From IMG/VR virus record IMGVR_UViG_3300030380_002827: DNA of 63,014 nucleotides; one strand, given 5' to 3'. The stretch is from an uncultured virus (IMG/VR IMGVR_UViG_3300030380_002827). Lineage: Duplodnaviria > Heunggongvirae > Uroviricota > Caudoviricetes. A program made the position numbers and the translations under genes. Positions 32,401-42,500 of the stretch are shown here, piece after piece (position 1 is the first letter of the stretch; every line of letters begins with the position of its first letter). The notes below the pieces were generated by a model, which saw nothing but the letters and a program-made list of their open reading frames with translations, made no database searches and had not been told where the DNA came from.

Positions 32401-35400
32401 GATTCTGGTTTGAATTTAAAGGTTTGTCCAGCTATTAGATCATGAGTTCCGATACTCATGGTCATGATACCTGTAGAGGGTGTGTAGTCCGCCCCAGACA
32501 CAGTGTAATCAACTCTAGTAGTAATACCAGCAAAGACCTCAAATGTGTTTGTAGAGACGTTACTGATAGGAACCCAAGTATTGCTTAAAGTATCAGTGGT
32601 TCGTGGATAATATTTGGTTGTAGTAAATCCATCAAGTGAACACTTCCAACCTATAGAATTATCTGCAATTAAAACTTGATCACCATTTGAGAATCCATGA
32701 TTAGGAACAGTGATAGTTAAGATACCGACAATCGGGTTGTAATTGGCAGTTGTAAGTGAATGTTGACTAGGTCCTGTTAATCCATGACCATCAACAGTTA
32801 CAATTAGTGAACCAGTAGTAGGAACGTAATCAGCATTAGTAGGAGTAAACGCTCCACCACCTTCAACAAGGATTGCATTGCTGACAGCACTATCAAAGGT
32901 GTGTGCATAGTCTCCACCAGTCTTGATAGTCTTTTCATCAGAACTTACATATGTGTGTGCATAATCACCGCCTGCAAAGGTAGATGTTGCAGTTGCACCG
33001 ATGAAGGAATGTGCAAAAGGTCCTCCAGTAAGTAATGCACCATCTATTGCACGAATAAAGGTATGATCATAGTCACCACCGTAAACTAAAGCACCATTGA
33101 TTGCTTCTGAGAATAAGTGAGTGTATTGATCTTTAGGAGGTGCAGCACCAACATCTATTGCAAGTGCAGTGCCAGCATAACCTGTAATAGGTAGAGATGT
33201 ATCGTATGCAGTGGATCTACTTCTTGGGTAGTAATGTTGTCTAGTACCACCGTCTAACGCACATGTAAATGCAAGACCAGATAATATAACATCTTTACCT
33301 AATTTGTATCCATGAGGTGCGGCAGTAGTAACAGTCATAACTCCTGTTACGTTACTGTACTGAGCCATTGATACATTCAATGCAGGGTCATAATCGCAAG
33401 TAAATGCGATACCAGAAAGTATTACACAATCGTCTTCTGTAAGGTTGTGTCTATCTCTTGTAAAGATGGTTGCAATACCAGATGTTTCATCATATTCTGC
33501 ACCACCAACACGAACAGATGGAGCACTTGCAAATGTAACCGCAATACCAGTTACGTTCACAAAATCATCAGTCTCCAATCCATGACCTTCGTAAGGTATG
33601 AATGAACCAATACCAGCACCAACATTTGCAGTATGAATACCAGTGGTTGTCATTGCAGCACCGATATTTACTTGGAAATTAAGTGTACTTGTTACACCTA
33701 CAACACCAAAGTATCTGTTTGCGTTTGAAGGGAATATGATATCACCAATTCCAGTGCTAAATGCGATACCAGTTATTTTAACAACGTTGGAAGTTGTCAA
33801 TCCATGAGCAGATGCTGCGGTAATCGTAGCGATACCAGAAACAAAGTCATAATCGACTGCATTTATATTCTTCTCGTCTCCACTCTTGTTACCAAATGCA
33901 GTAACAGTTGTAATACCATTTACAGGAGTTCCTTCAAGGAATCCAACAGTCTTGGCACCAAAGAATCCTGTTCCACCATTATCAATAGTGAAGTTTGTAA
34001 CGATTCCAGCTTCAGCTCTGTTTACAACACCACCACCGACATATTGATGTGGGAATGTAGAGACACCAACGAACGCTCTGAACGTGTTTGTAGTGTGTCC
34101 ACTAAGAACATCAAAACCAATGACGTTTCTACCTTCCATGATTGCGGTATCAACGCCTGCTCGCACTAATCCTCCGCTAACATAGGCTAGTGGTATCGTA
34201 CTGACACCGCAATCTACTAATACATTGAGACTGTCAATTACTTCTACAATAGGATATGCGTCTTCTCTGAATAAACTTGTAGATATGCCATCTGTAACTT
34301 GAACTTCTTTTACAAGTAAATTTCTACTTCTATTAGTTGCAGTTCCAATATAGTGGCCACCTGATACTCCAATAGTTGCGATACCAGTTACATAATCATA
34401 CCCAAATGTGTTTATATTTCTCAGTGCAGAGACAGGAGTAAATGTAAATCCAGCACCTGTAATTCTAACTAAATCATTCTCAACAAATCCATGAGATGTA
34501 CCACCAGTAACAAATGTACAGACACCTGTGAACTGGTTATAATCCGCTGTAGAGATGGCAACTGCCGATCCAGCAGATGTACCCAAATGTGCAGTAATAC
34601 TTGCACCAAAACCTTGTGAAGACCTTACAGTGACTTTAGGTGGGTTTCTATATCCTTGTCCCTTTCCTTCTAGTTGAATAAACTGAAGACTACCTGTTGA
34701 TCCAACACCAACTCTAGCAGCAGCTTTCAGGGGTAAGTAATATCCTGAACCAGTCTGTAATCCAACTTTATTAATTCTTCCAGCTCTAGGAACTCCACTC
34801 AGGAAGTTAATCTTATTATCTGCATTATTAACAATCTCAAAGTCAAGACCAGGCGTTTGAACAACGTTGTTTATCAAAATAAACGGATTGTTGTTAATGT
34901 CAACACCTGTGTTTACACTGTTGTACAGAGAAGTTACTACACCAAGGTTTTCTGACAAGTCAAACTGTGTACCTGCAACACCTGTAAATTCTAGTGCAAT
35001 ATCATCAAGAATTACGTTCTTATCTGCTGGATCAAATGGGTCTAATTTTCTAGAGAATAATCTACCAGCAAAAGAAGAACTTGTTTGCAATCCAATAGGT
35101 CCTGCTTGACCATATGGTGCATCAGTAAAGAAGATATTATCATCAATGATGTTATAGTCACCAGTGAAAACAGAATATGCAGTACCAACAGTATGACTAG
35201 TGGAGAGAGTACCAAAAGCACCCCTCTCTACAACAACCTGAGATTGTGTAGACGTACTGAACACTGGGTAATACCCTACTCCAGTATTGAAGATGATAAC
35301 TTCCGATATCGTTCCGACACCACTAATTATAGGAAAAAACACACCCTCTGTTAAAGGTGTGGTTGTTCCTTCAATGGTAATCTTTGGGGGATCTGTTGCA

Positions 35401-35507
35401 GCGTATCCTGTACCACCGTCTAAAACTTCAACTTGGACTACTCCATACAATGAGTTAAAAGACGGTCTTAGTAGAGCTCCTGATCCTGGCGTGACTCTTG
35501 TTGACAT
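26490..35507 (-). CDS. Giant repeat-rich virion/baseplate protein
   Basis: 3005 aa with many A.Y...TG..T.T..H...F.C..D....YPR..DP repeats, G.GY...P.V repeats and a C-terminal BNR/beta-propeller-like region (VAVG..G.I..S.DG..W). Confidence 0.75.
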   Translation of the reverse strand: MSTRVTPGSGALLRPSFNSLYGVVQVEVLDGGTGYAATDPPKITIEGTTTPLTEGVFFPIISGVGTISEVIIFNTGVGYYPVFSTSTQSQVVVERGAFGTLSTSHTVGTAYSVFTGDYNIIDDNIFFTDAPYGQAGPIGLQTSSSFAGRLFSRKLDPFDPADKNVILDDIALEFTGVAGTQFDLSENLGVVTSLYNSVNTGVDINNNPFILINNVVQTPGLDFEIVNNADNKINFLSGVPRAGRINKVGLQTGSGYYLPLKAAARVGVGSTGSLQFIQLEGKGQGYRNPPKVTVRSSQGFGASITAHLGTSAGSAVAISTADYNQFTGVCTFVTGGTSHGFVENDLVRITGAGFTFTPVSALRNINTFGYDYVTGIATIGVSGGHYIGTATNRSRNLLVKEVQVTDGISTSLFREDAYPIVEVIDSLNVLVDCGVSTIPLAYVSGGLVRAGVDTAIMEGRNVIGFDVLSGHTTNTFRAFVGVSTFPHQYVGGGVVNRAEAGIVTNFTIDNGGTGFFGAKTVGFLEGTPVNGITTVTAFGNKSGDEKNINAVDYDFVSGIATITAASAHGLTTSNVVKITGIAFSTGIGDIIFPSNANRYFGVVGVTSTLNFQVNIGAAMTTTGIHTANVGAGIGSFIPYEGHGLETDDFVNVTGIAVTFASAPSVRVGGAEYDETSGIATIFTRDRHNLTEDDCVILSGIAFTCDYDPALNVSMAQYSNVTGVMTVTTAAPHGYKLGKDVILSGLAFTCALDGGTRQHYYPRSRSTAYDTSLPITGYAGTALAIDVGAAPPKDQYTHLFSEAINGALVYGGDYDHTFIRAIDGALLTGGPFAHSFIGATATSTFAGGDYAHTYVSSDEKTIKTGGDYAHTFDSAVSNAILVEGGGAFTPTNADYVPTTGSLIVTVDGHGLTGPSQHSLTTANYNPIVGILTITVPNHGFSNGDQVLIADNSIGWKCSLDGFTTTKYYPRTTDTLSNTWVPISNVSTNTFEVFAGITTRVDYTVSGADYTPSTGIMTMSIGTHDLIAGQTFKFKPESLGFTCDADGNSLVKYYPRSKDPTYNTAVPIVSVAGTTVTTQVGITTEVKYNIRFAAYTPQTGIMTVSLDRLHNFQVGEAIKFKPGSIVFKCEQDAFQTNHFYPRPQDPYYEKTVTLVGAAGTLFTVNVGPTTSSQIYAFVPNQGVAVDAVIAGGAYPYNLSGVGTDAMITGGGDYTPYWYQNSTTGAIQRPTQKVGVVTGGLSFKCAKDNYATVHAYPRPTDPIHNINVGIVSATTNTFEIRVGVSTIRERGISTSVYNPATGELTMTVGAGHSYINQSSHTISTATYSTSTGVLEPTITNHGFVAGEYVKFDLESISFKCALDGYTATKAYPRYSDPFLNVWLPIYNVGVNTFSVYVGVATQTAFLGGGAHIFESATAGGLKKARNTVGINTGSIVFTCARDDHASEHAYPRSYDPIGGNVSVGIGSTSATTLTINVGVSTIVNYGITTAAYTPTTGIMTVTSDAHGFNGSYDDKTIQFATYDAGSGIMTVTTNQAHGMITGNRVNFKRDSVRFRCLMDNRKSIKSYPRAKDPSDQQWLSVTGIDETNFSVNVGTSPLVYHDPTSGSYDPFTGLMTIDIGSHTLKKGTGVKLKTRGFKFTCALDNHATNHFYPRASGISGPDPAYNTSVKITSTTDTTITLDVGKSSNQTEHIFVSAATSSVISGGNYIHTFENADIDSLLIARDTVGLATDSYTWRCAQDNYATDHTYPRTTDPIHDVEVGIVSTTANTFTMNVGITSRVKFNITNATYDPNSGLVTMTTDTSHGLSTTTAVGLATNGFVYTCTMDQNSTEHAYPRTTDPAHDTSLYPSAVTANNVTVNVGVSTRVEYNINHADYNDVVGIMTMFLPTVHGITTAAGVPRNVKLKNESIYFTCSKDGYATAHVYPKGGDPYYNGSLVNRVIDNNNIEIQVGPSTTPSFYNGGGTIQGVILAPRLRNNSPSGEDFASGGTFVDKIIDDHTYVVNVGISTVDHIYARGGISQQGKRVAASNEIGFSGFDVIEKIDAGKFRVNAGLTTEIALFKRGGRIDKPVFLDITEPDGYFNRDLEYISGSSGIGTNAVVNFRINVDGNIGEFDLIEEGTAYKVDEVLTVSGIATNPRVGVLTEFQLTVQELENDTFSGFYPGQFILFDDISTFFNGSRTKFTLSVTTSGVTEILSLKTLPGSDMDITNNIFIYINDILQTPQSSYTFKGSRVIFSEAPKPNSKCSVFYFRGSKRDVETVDPVASVKAGDVVQIKENKLNPADIDQFERTGKRIVASDVLETFSYDSIGIDTNTAAERPLSWEKQRQDQILSGVLISKARPGLKSKVLPTTRIIKNVGELDDRIYVNNAFPVFNAVDLLVQSERNVQIFEDNEISPGVVTSIVSTSSSISSLSIVDGGTGYTLSNPTVAISSALIERKDPISAWEFDAITGITSSIEFRAITKQDPYVAVGASSFYMNTKSGTFWERGRIGFGGTITFNGVGVGNTATGGVNVMAVGEFASMARAVAIGNSIGSWTPINLLEQRQIPAIGQVQTLDSTYTGHFQDVIWEGTRNTWVAVGAAGSIFTAVGLTTADAFSQFSGTLQTLNAVCYGQSEYIAVGNGGVIIASNDGTGWGDKTSNTVFDLNDIIYDGNRFIVVGDSGTIGISTDKNFWQPWSQQLPAGTISPATFDFAKIKFINNFYVGISTVGDLYYSFDLANWNARPVAHSNEIRDLVQTPYGDFASTRVIAIGSGTTNFYADPVINRASATASVTAGVITSINITDGGFGYRVGSSPPVIVESDKTKREDIFSVDAEGDFGDIVGINTWLPGSANVLPRLAFTLKSQFNDNTNLGYGYSSLNQLGVNFSGLTKGDFFTIYDSSLVVGHALTGITTSSGANEVVGMVTAGDYLGGVFKVEQVTTGDAVSGLVTVTCAFMPGPTPYGNNTIQVGVGTTATTDTFWGKYSWGKLLGYQNRGAGNPTSFLVNPMNGNVGLSTAAVVSRKKPLT

Positions 35508-35520
35508 TTAATCGTCTTCC

Positions 35521-36543
35521 TCAAATAATGTTAATAGAACTGCTGCAATAGACTCTGGTAACACCAGTGCTATCACGCACTATACTAAAGGTTAGAATAT
35601 CATCATTGGCCGTTGCAGGCGGTGGGTTTCCACCAACCCATTTGACACCATTTGCAATAGATGCTCCATTCACTGTACAGGAATCTCCGTATGTGTATCC
35701 GACTCCAGCATTATTGATTAGAGTAACTGTTGTTGCCTTACTGTTGTCGGGATTGACATTAGTAAATGCCCAAGAAGAAACAGATGTGGTTATACCTCCA
35801 AGAACAACTGTTCCTTGTGCTAAGTCGAATGTGAACGTACCGCCTGCACTTACATTCAACTGATCACTAAAGTTTCCTACAACTTTTTCTGTAATATCAG
35901 AGTTGAAGTTAACCTGATCCATCAGGGTACTTGCACCACTGACTTGAATATCACCTCTAACATCCAATCTACATCTAGGAGCGGTAGAACCAATACCAGT
36001 ATATGCTTCGTTAGTAACTACAAAAGACTTGTTATCTGATACTGCATCATCGGATACTCGCAATCCATGTCCATTACCTTTTGCAACTGCCCAGATAGTT
36101 GGTCTTTCTGCTGAGAATGATGCAACTTCTAATTGTGATGTAGGTAAAGATGTTCCAATGCCGACCATTCCGTCTGCTTTGATACGGAACATTGTTGCCG
36201 CAAATCCAACTTCAATAGGACCATCTGTGATTGCACCAGGCTGTTGAATTGTAATCTTACCAACATCTGCATAACTTGATGTCACAACACCAGTTGTATT
36301 GATATCAATATTACCTGTAACACTCGCTGCAAGACCAGCAAGAACAGACGTTGATGCAATACCAGCGTTTGTGGAATACCCAGCAGTGCTGGCAAAGGAA
36401 ACAAAACTTACAAGGTTTGTACCATCTCCGAAAATATCATATATCTCGTTGAAGTTATCATTTATCTTAATAGTCCCTGCCAATAGGGTATCGCCCGTCC
36501 CATCATTAGGAGCCGAACCAGTACTAATCCCTTGTTTAGACAT
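35521..36543 (-). CDS. Baseplate wedge/tail fibre connector, gp9/gp10 N-terminal-like
   Basis: KQGISTGSAPNDGTGDTL..G..KINDNF.EIY N-terminus followed by VGIGT..P...L.V fibre repeats. Confidence 0.7.
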   Translation of the reverse strand: MSKQGISTGSAPNDGTGDTLLAGTIKINDNFNEIYDIFGDGTNLVSFVSFASTAGYSTNAGIASTSVLAGLAASVTGNIDINTTGVVTSSYADVGKITIQQPGAITDGPIEVGFAATMFRIKADGMVGIGTSLPTSQLEVASFSAERPTIWAVAKGNGHGLRVSDDAVSDNKSFVVTNEAYTGIGSTAPRCRLDVRGDIQVSGASTLMDQVNFNSDITEKVVGNFSDQLNVSAGGTFTFDLAQGTVVLGGITTSVSSWAFTNVNPDNSKATTVTLINNAGVGYTYGDSCTVNGASIANGVKWVGGNPPPATANDDILTFSIVRDSTGVTRVYCSSSINII

Positions 36544-36564
36544 TACTTAAAAACGTTTTTTCTT

Positions 36565-36572
36565 TATTTATA
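36565..36572 (-). promoter_or_regulatory. T4-type late promoter TATAAATA
   Basis: Exact consensus between gp7 and the gp9-like gene. Confidence 0.75.
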
Positions 36573-36573
36573 G

Positions 36574-39500
36574 TTAATATGGAGGGTTATCATCGTGAGT
36601 AGCAAATGTGCTGTCACTTCTAGTCACGGTTGAGTTAACTCTCTTAGTATCATAATAGAAATCGGTAGCGACTGTACTGTTTGCCAATGCAGATCTTGCC
36701 TGTACAAATGTTGTGTCTCCGATTTGATTAATTTTAATCAATTCATCATCCATTCTGATGATGTCACCTTTGGAAAGAGAACCAATACCAGCACCGATTG
36801 CAATGCCCTGATCACTTGGTCCAACTGGGTCAGAGACCTCTACTCCTAACTTCTTGTTCTTGATAGGAGTTTGAATAATATTATCAATCATAATCAAGGC
36901 CTGTTTGTTTGGATCAGCAACCTTGAGTAAGTGAGTTCCAGTTCCTAGACCTGTAAATTGGAATGGTAATGATGTAGATAAACCAGAGATTCTGAACTTA
37001 ACATCATCAACCTTCTGAATAAACAATTCATCAGGCATCACATCAGTTCCAAGTTCAACTGGACTTAAGAAGATGTTATCTGTAGGTGTAGCACCACCAA
37101 TATATGTACCAGCAATGGAGATAACGTTAGTGGAGGCATAACCAGTACCACCAGAAACAATACCTATGTCGGTAACATCCAAGTTACCATCTCTAGTGAT
37201 ATTGAATATTGCACCAGAACCAGATCCATTGTTTGTCGATGGAACGTTAAGATACGATGTCTGAACACCTGTTCTTGTACCAGTAACTTTTGTAACTGGG
37301 AATGAAAGAATGTTAGCAGGATTTGTACCACCTAAATCGGTTCCAGCAATACTTACTACATCTCCAACAAAGTATCCAGATCCACCATTAGTTAGAGTAA
37401 CTGCGGTAGATATACATTGACCAGTGGTTTGATCAAAATCAAACTTAACTTGGAATGTAGCACCACTACCTCTAGTTGATATGCCAGGTAATCCACCATT
37501 GGGATTTCCAAATCCATATATCCTAAAGAGTGAGCCTGGAGGATTTTCTGTCACTGCGGTTCCTGTAACAGGACCTGGAATCTGAACATTATATCCATTT
37601 TCAAACATTGCACTACCACCAACACCAGATGCCTTAGCAGCCATGATGATATCTTTAGTTCCTGTGGTATGAGATGTGGTTGCAATACCAATCTTAGAAC
37701 CACCTTGAGTGTCGAGAAGCACAGTCTGGCCAGTCTGGAAGTTATGATTCTGGATACTAATGATGTTCAATGCAAGATCAACATTGGCAGTTGCTGCAGC
37801 ATTATATGACTTCTTAAATACAGGTTCACCACCCACAGAGAGTGAGAACTGTTTACTACCAACTAATGTTCCTGTTCTGTCATGAGAACCATTGAAACCA
37901 GAGGAGATATCATCTAAGTTCAAGACTTTGTTAGTCTTGTTCATGATGAAACTCTTAATTGGTCTACCTTCTGGGAAGAAGATTCTCTGCACTGAACCAT
38001 TTGGTAATTGATCATCCTCAGTTACCATGGCAAAGTTGGATCTCTTACCCATGTAAATCTCATTATCAATGTTTAAGATGAGATCAACTTTAGTATCGAC
38101 AGCCTTGACCTTCATGGTAGGAGGGTAAGGATATATGAGTTTGTGTGGTGTGCTTGTATGTGCAGCACCAACCATTCTCACCTGTGTTCCATCAGCTCTC
38201 GTATGTACATGATATGGTCCGCTGTATGGTTTACCATCTACATAACCAATCAGATTAGATGGTAACTTTGATGTATCGAGGTTATCTTTAGGATCACTCT
38301 CAACAATTAAATCTGAGAACTCTAAGAATCCAGATGGGTGAACAATAGATCTTACAGACTCTTTCCATGTGTTATATGGAAGTCTGCTCTTGATTGAGTA
38401 TGAGAACTTCTGGAAGTAGAAGTTATCCGATAATCTCTGACTGAAATCGTTGAGGATACCAACGTTCATGTCATTCTTAGTGACCTTATCTCTAGTAACA
38501 CCAAGAGTTGTTCTAACACTAAATCTGTTTACATCTCTTACATTACCTACTAAACCAGATACCTCACCAACCAATGTGTCGCCAGATCTAAGAGTTCCAA
38601 TAGTGTCTCTCAATCTAAGTTGACTAATATTACCTTTCCAACCACCTTCTGCAACAAATCCTTCAAATCTAGTAGATGTGACTTTTTCACCAGATAGGAA
38701 CTTAGCATCATCAATGATTGTCATGTTGAACTTCGCCATATCATTGAAGTTCACAATAGATCCTAAAGTGAAATCGTCATCGTAAGAACCAAGGGTGACA
38801 GTAGAAATGCCAGGAGCATTTCCCATATCAAATGTAACAGTAGAATTTGTAGTGTTTACACCTGTAACTGTATAGAATGAGAAGTCATAGTCAGAAGAGT
38901 TGAAATTGCCCTCTCCATTTGCAAGTGAAGATGGTTTGATTCTACAGTTCTCAACAAATACCTTATCACCAACATCAAATGGCAACTTAACATCTGTAGA
39001 TGCAAAGCCTGTTGTTACGGGAAGGTTGAACTGTGGGTCTAAAAGAAGTTCAACTGTAACACTTGTACCACTATGAGTTATGGCATCAATGTCATAACCA
39101 TTTGAGTTATTGGTTGTAATAACACTGAGTGGTTCACTGAACTCAAAAGCGTTTTCAATGATATCAACCTTATCAACAGATCCACCTTTTACAGTTGCAG
39201 CAATTTTTACTTTATCATTACCACGAACTGCAAGTGTAGGAGGTTGATTGTATCTTGTACCACCATCAACCACTTGAATCTCATCCATCCTTGCAATACC
39301 GCTGATATCAACGATTGCAGGGACACTTAGGAAGGGAAGTAGAGTAGGATCAGTAGGATAGTCAAATCCATCTTTGATTCTTTCAATAATGTCAATTTGA
39401 CCAATCTCAGGAGATGAAACTTTAACAATACCATCTCTACCCTGTGTACTAGCAAAACCAATGACTTTAGGAAGAACAGTGTATCCTTTGCCTGGGAAAT

Positions 39501-42500
39501 TGATCTTTGTAGATGCAATAGGTCCTCTAGCGTTCTTAGAAGCAGTGCTATATGTGATTGTACTTACACCGACTCTAGATATGAGTCTTTGAGGTGCAGT
39601 TGGTTTTTCTTTCAAGTTGAAGGTAAATGTCTTATCATCTTTTCTGATAATTTCATGATCAGTCTTAAGAACGACATTTTTGAATGTTATGTTGTTTCTA
39701 CCTGTAACATCCATATCAGAAGATCCATATAACTTTCTAGCGTCGGAAGGGACAACAGGAGTCAAGTTATAGAAGGTCTTTTTAGGCCAATCAGTGTTTG
39801 TTTTTACTTTGACTGTAGATCCAACGTTTCCAGAGATACCATCTCTTAAGATATTGAATCCAGTGGCATTTGTTCCATTAACATCAAGTCTTTGAGTGAA
39901 ATTGAGATCCTCGAAGAAATCAAGTTTCATATCCAATAAACTTTGGTCTGAAACATCAAAAGTGATGATGTTACCAGTTATGAACTCCAATGAAGGATTA
40001 ATCTTAGCAATGAAACTTGGATTGGTTGAAGATGGTGTTGTTATAGTTGTAATCGCTACAGGATTGGATTCAAAGACATCAGACTTGTATTTGCAGAGTT
40101 TGATGTTATCAATGTCCTCTCTAAGTACAAAGTAAGTCTCATTATGAACTAATCCACCAATAGTATTACCATTGTCGTAATAAACAACTTTATCGCCACT
40201 TTGGAAATCATCATCCCCAATATTGAAACTTCTCAAGTCATCAGTAAAGTCAGATCTAGAGAATCCAACTTTTGCAGTTGTAATCTTAGAAATGACTGGA
40301 TCATACCTAAGTTCAACAGTCTCAGCGGCTTGTGGAAGTGCATCTAGTGTAATAATGTCGCCAGTGAGTAATTCGTGTACAGAACTCACTCCAACTTCAC
40401 CAAAGAACCTTTCTACCTTGGTTGTAACTTTAGGGAAGTTAGTCCTGAAGGAATGTGCAAATCCTGAATTTGAGGCAACGTTATAGAACCAAACTGCATC
40501 ACCTGTTGTAGGAATACCAGTTGTAGATAATCCAATGTAGTCTTGTTCAAAGTTAATTGCATAAACACTACTATCGTTTTCTAAAACCTGAGTTCCGATA
40601 CCAGATGTAGCACCAGCAGAGACTTTTGCCCACACAATAGATGTTCCACCAATACCCATGTTGTAGGTCAACTCTTGACCTGTGAAGAACGTATGTCCCT
40701 TAATAAAGATTCTCTGTTGAGGTACAAACCTGTTTTCAATGGTTTGTGCTGCAGATGTGTTTAGTCCAGTAAGAGGAATGTCGTAATGTGTACCTGTAGA
40801 ACCAACACCGACTGTTTCTTGTGGATTAAAGAAGGTAGTATTGTTCTCGAAGGTAAATCTAGTGACAGTTGAGTTTCCAACAGGGAAAGAGAACTTAGTT
40901 GGTTTTAAAACAATGTTATTAGTACCAACTGCATGAGTCATTGCAGCACCAACATAGTTTTCTCTGTTGATGAACAATCTAGAGAACCTTGTGTCAATAT
41001 TAGTGACTGTCATGATCTCTGTACCAATACCAATCGTATCGCCAGGTTCAAACCCTCTTACATCAGTAACGAAGATCGCAGTGCTAACACCAGTGTTAGT
41101 TACGTTGTCTAAGAACTGAGAAAGACCAGATGTTCTTGTAATAACGCTAACTTTGCGAATACCATTGAACTCAGTAAAGTCAGCAGTGCTAATACCACTT
41201 AGAATTACACTTTCACCACTTGCAATACCATGAGGCACGGTTGTTACCCCAGTAATCGTTTCTTTGGTCTTAACTAACTCAGTTTCACGGAAAGTAGTAA
41301 CTCCAATCTGTACAGAATCAACAGCCTTACCTAAAACTGATCCAATGACAATATTTGCTCCAGTTCCATCAGTTCCACTATTATCAAGTTCTAATACGTC
41401 GTCAACTTTGTATCCATCACCTCTAGAGAAGATAGTTACGGAAGAAATACCAGCACTCTTTGTTTTAGTGACTTCAAACTCTTGTTTTAAGGCATCCTTA
41501 ACATCATCAATCAATTCATAGTCGGAATTACCATATGAGAGATAATATGGTGCTACGTTTCTTGTAAGTTCTCTTTCAGTGATATCAATATCCTGATTGA
41601 AGAAAGTTGTGAAGTTTTCTTCGATTGGACTGTCTTTAAATGATCCACCAAGTAGATATGGGAATTTTGGTTTGGCAACTCCACTAGAATCAACATCTAC
41701 GCTGTAGAAGTAAGCATATGTACCATCTGGGTACTGTGGTGTTACACAATAACGCCCACCATGCACGTCAAGGTCTCCAGAGTTGTCAAAGAGGTAATCA
41801 TTGGTGAAATACCCAAAGGCAAAGCCAGGAGGTCTCAGACCCGATCTTAGAGTGGTGTCAAGAATATATCCAGACTGCAATCGTCTAACGGCTCCTCCAG
41901 TTGGGGTTTGATATCCGTAAGGACCATAAATTGGATTACCATCGTAAGCAAAACCGAGTATAGGTGAGTGAAAAGCATTGGGAGTCTCCAGATTACCAGA
42001 ATCAATATTGTCTCCGAGTTGGAATCTAAGTTTTTGTGGTGGATAGATGCCTATTGTCTGTAATTGGAAGGCAGGGTTTGTACTTGGTTTAGTAAGTAGT
42101 GAATCTTCATCACTAATGATGGCATCGTTCTTCTGAACTTGGTTAATCTTCCATTCGCGAACATTTGCAATGAACTTTGCAGATTTACCTCTGTTTTGAA
42201 GATCCAGAGTTGTTGTTGCTGAATCATAACCAATACCGCCGTCAAGAACTCGTACACCAGTAATCTTATCACCAGTGATGACTGGTCTGATGTCTGCAAA
42301 GTCACCAGTAGGACTAAAGATGTTAATATCGGAGTCTTCACGGTATCCTTTACCAGAAGCAAGAATCTGAACGTCAACGATTGAACCATCAATGATAATT
42401 GGTTTGAGTAGAGCGTTGAATACAACAGTAGAGATACCAACATCAGGCCTTCTGTGGAAATCCATGATGTTAGTGCAACCATAACCAATACCACCCTCTT

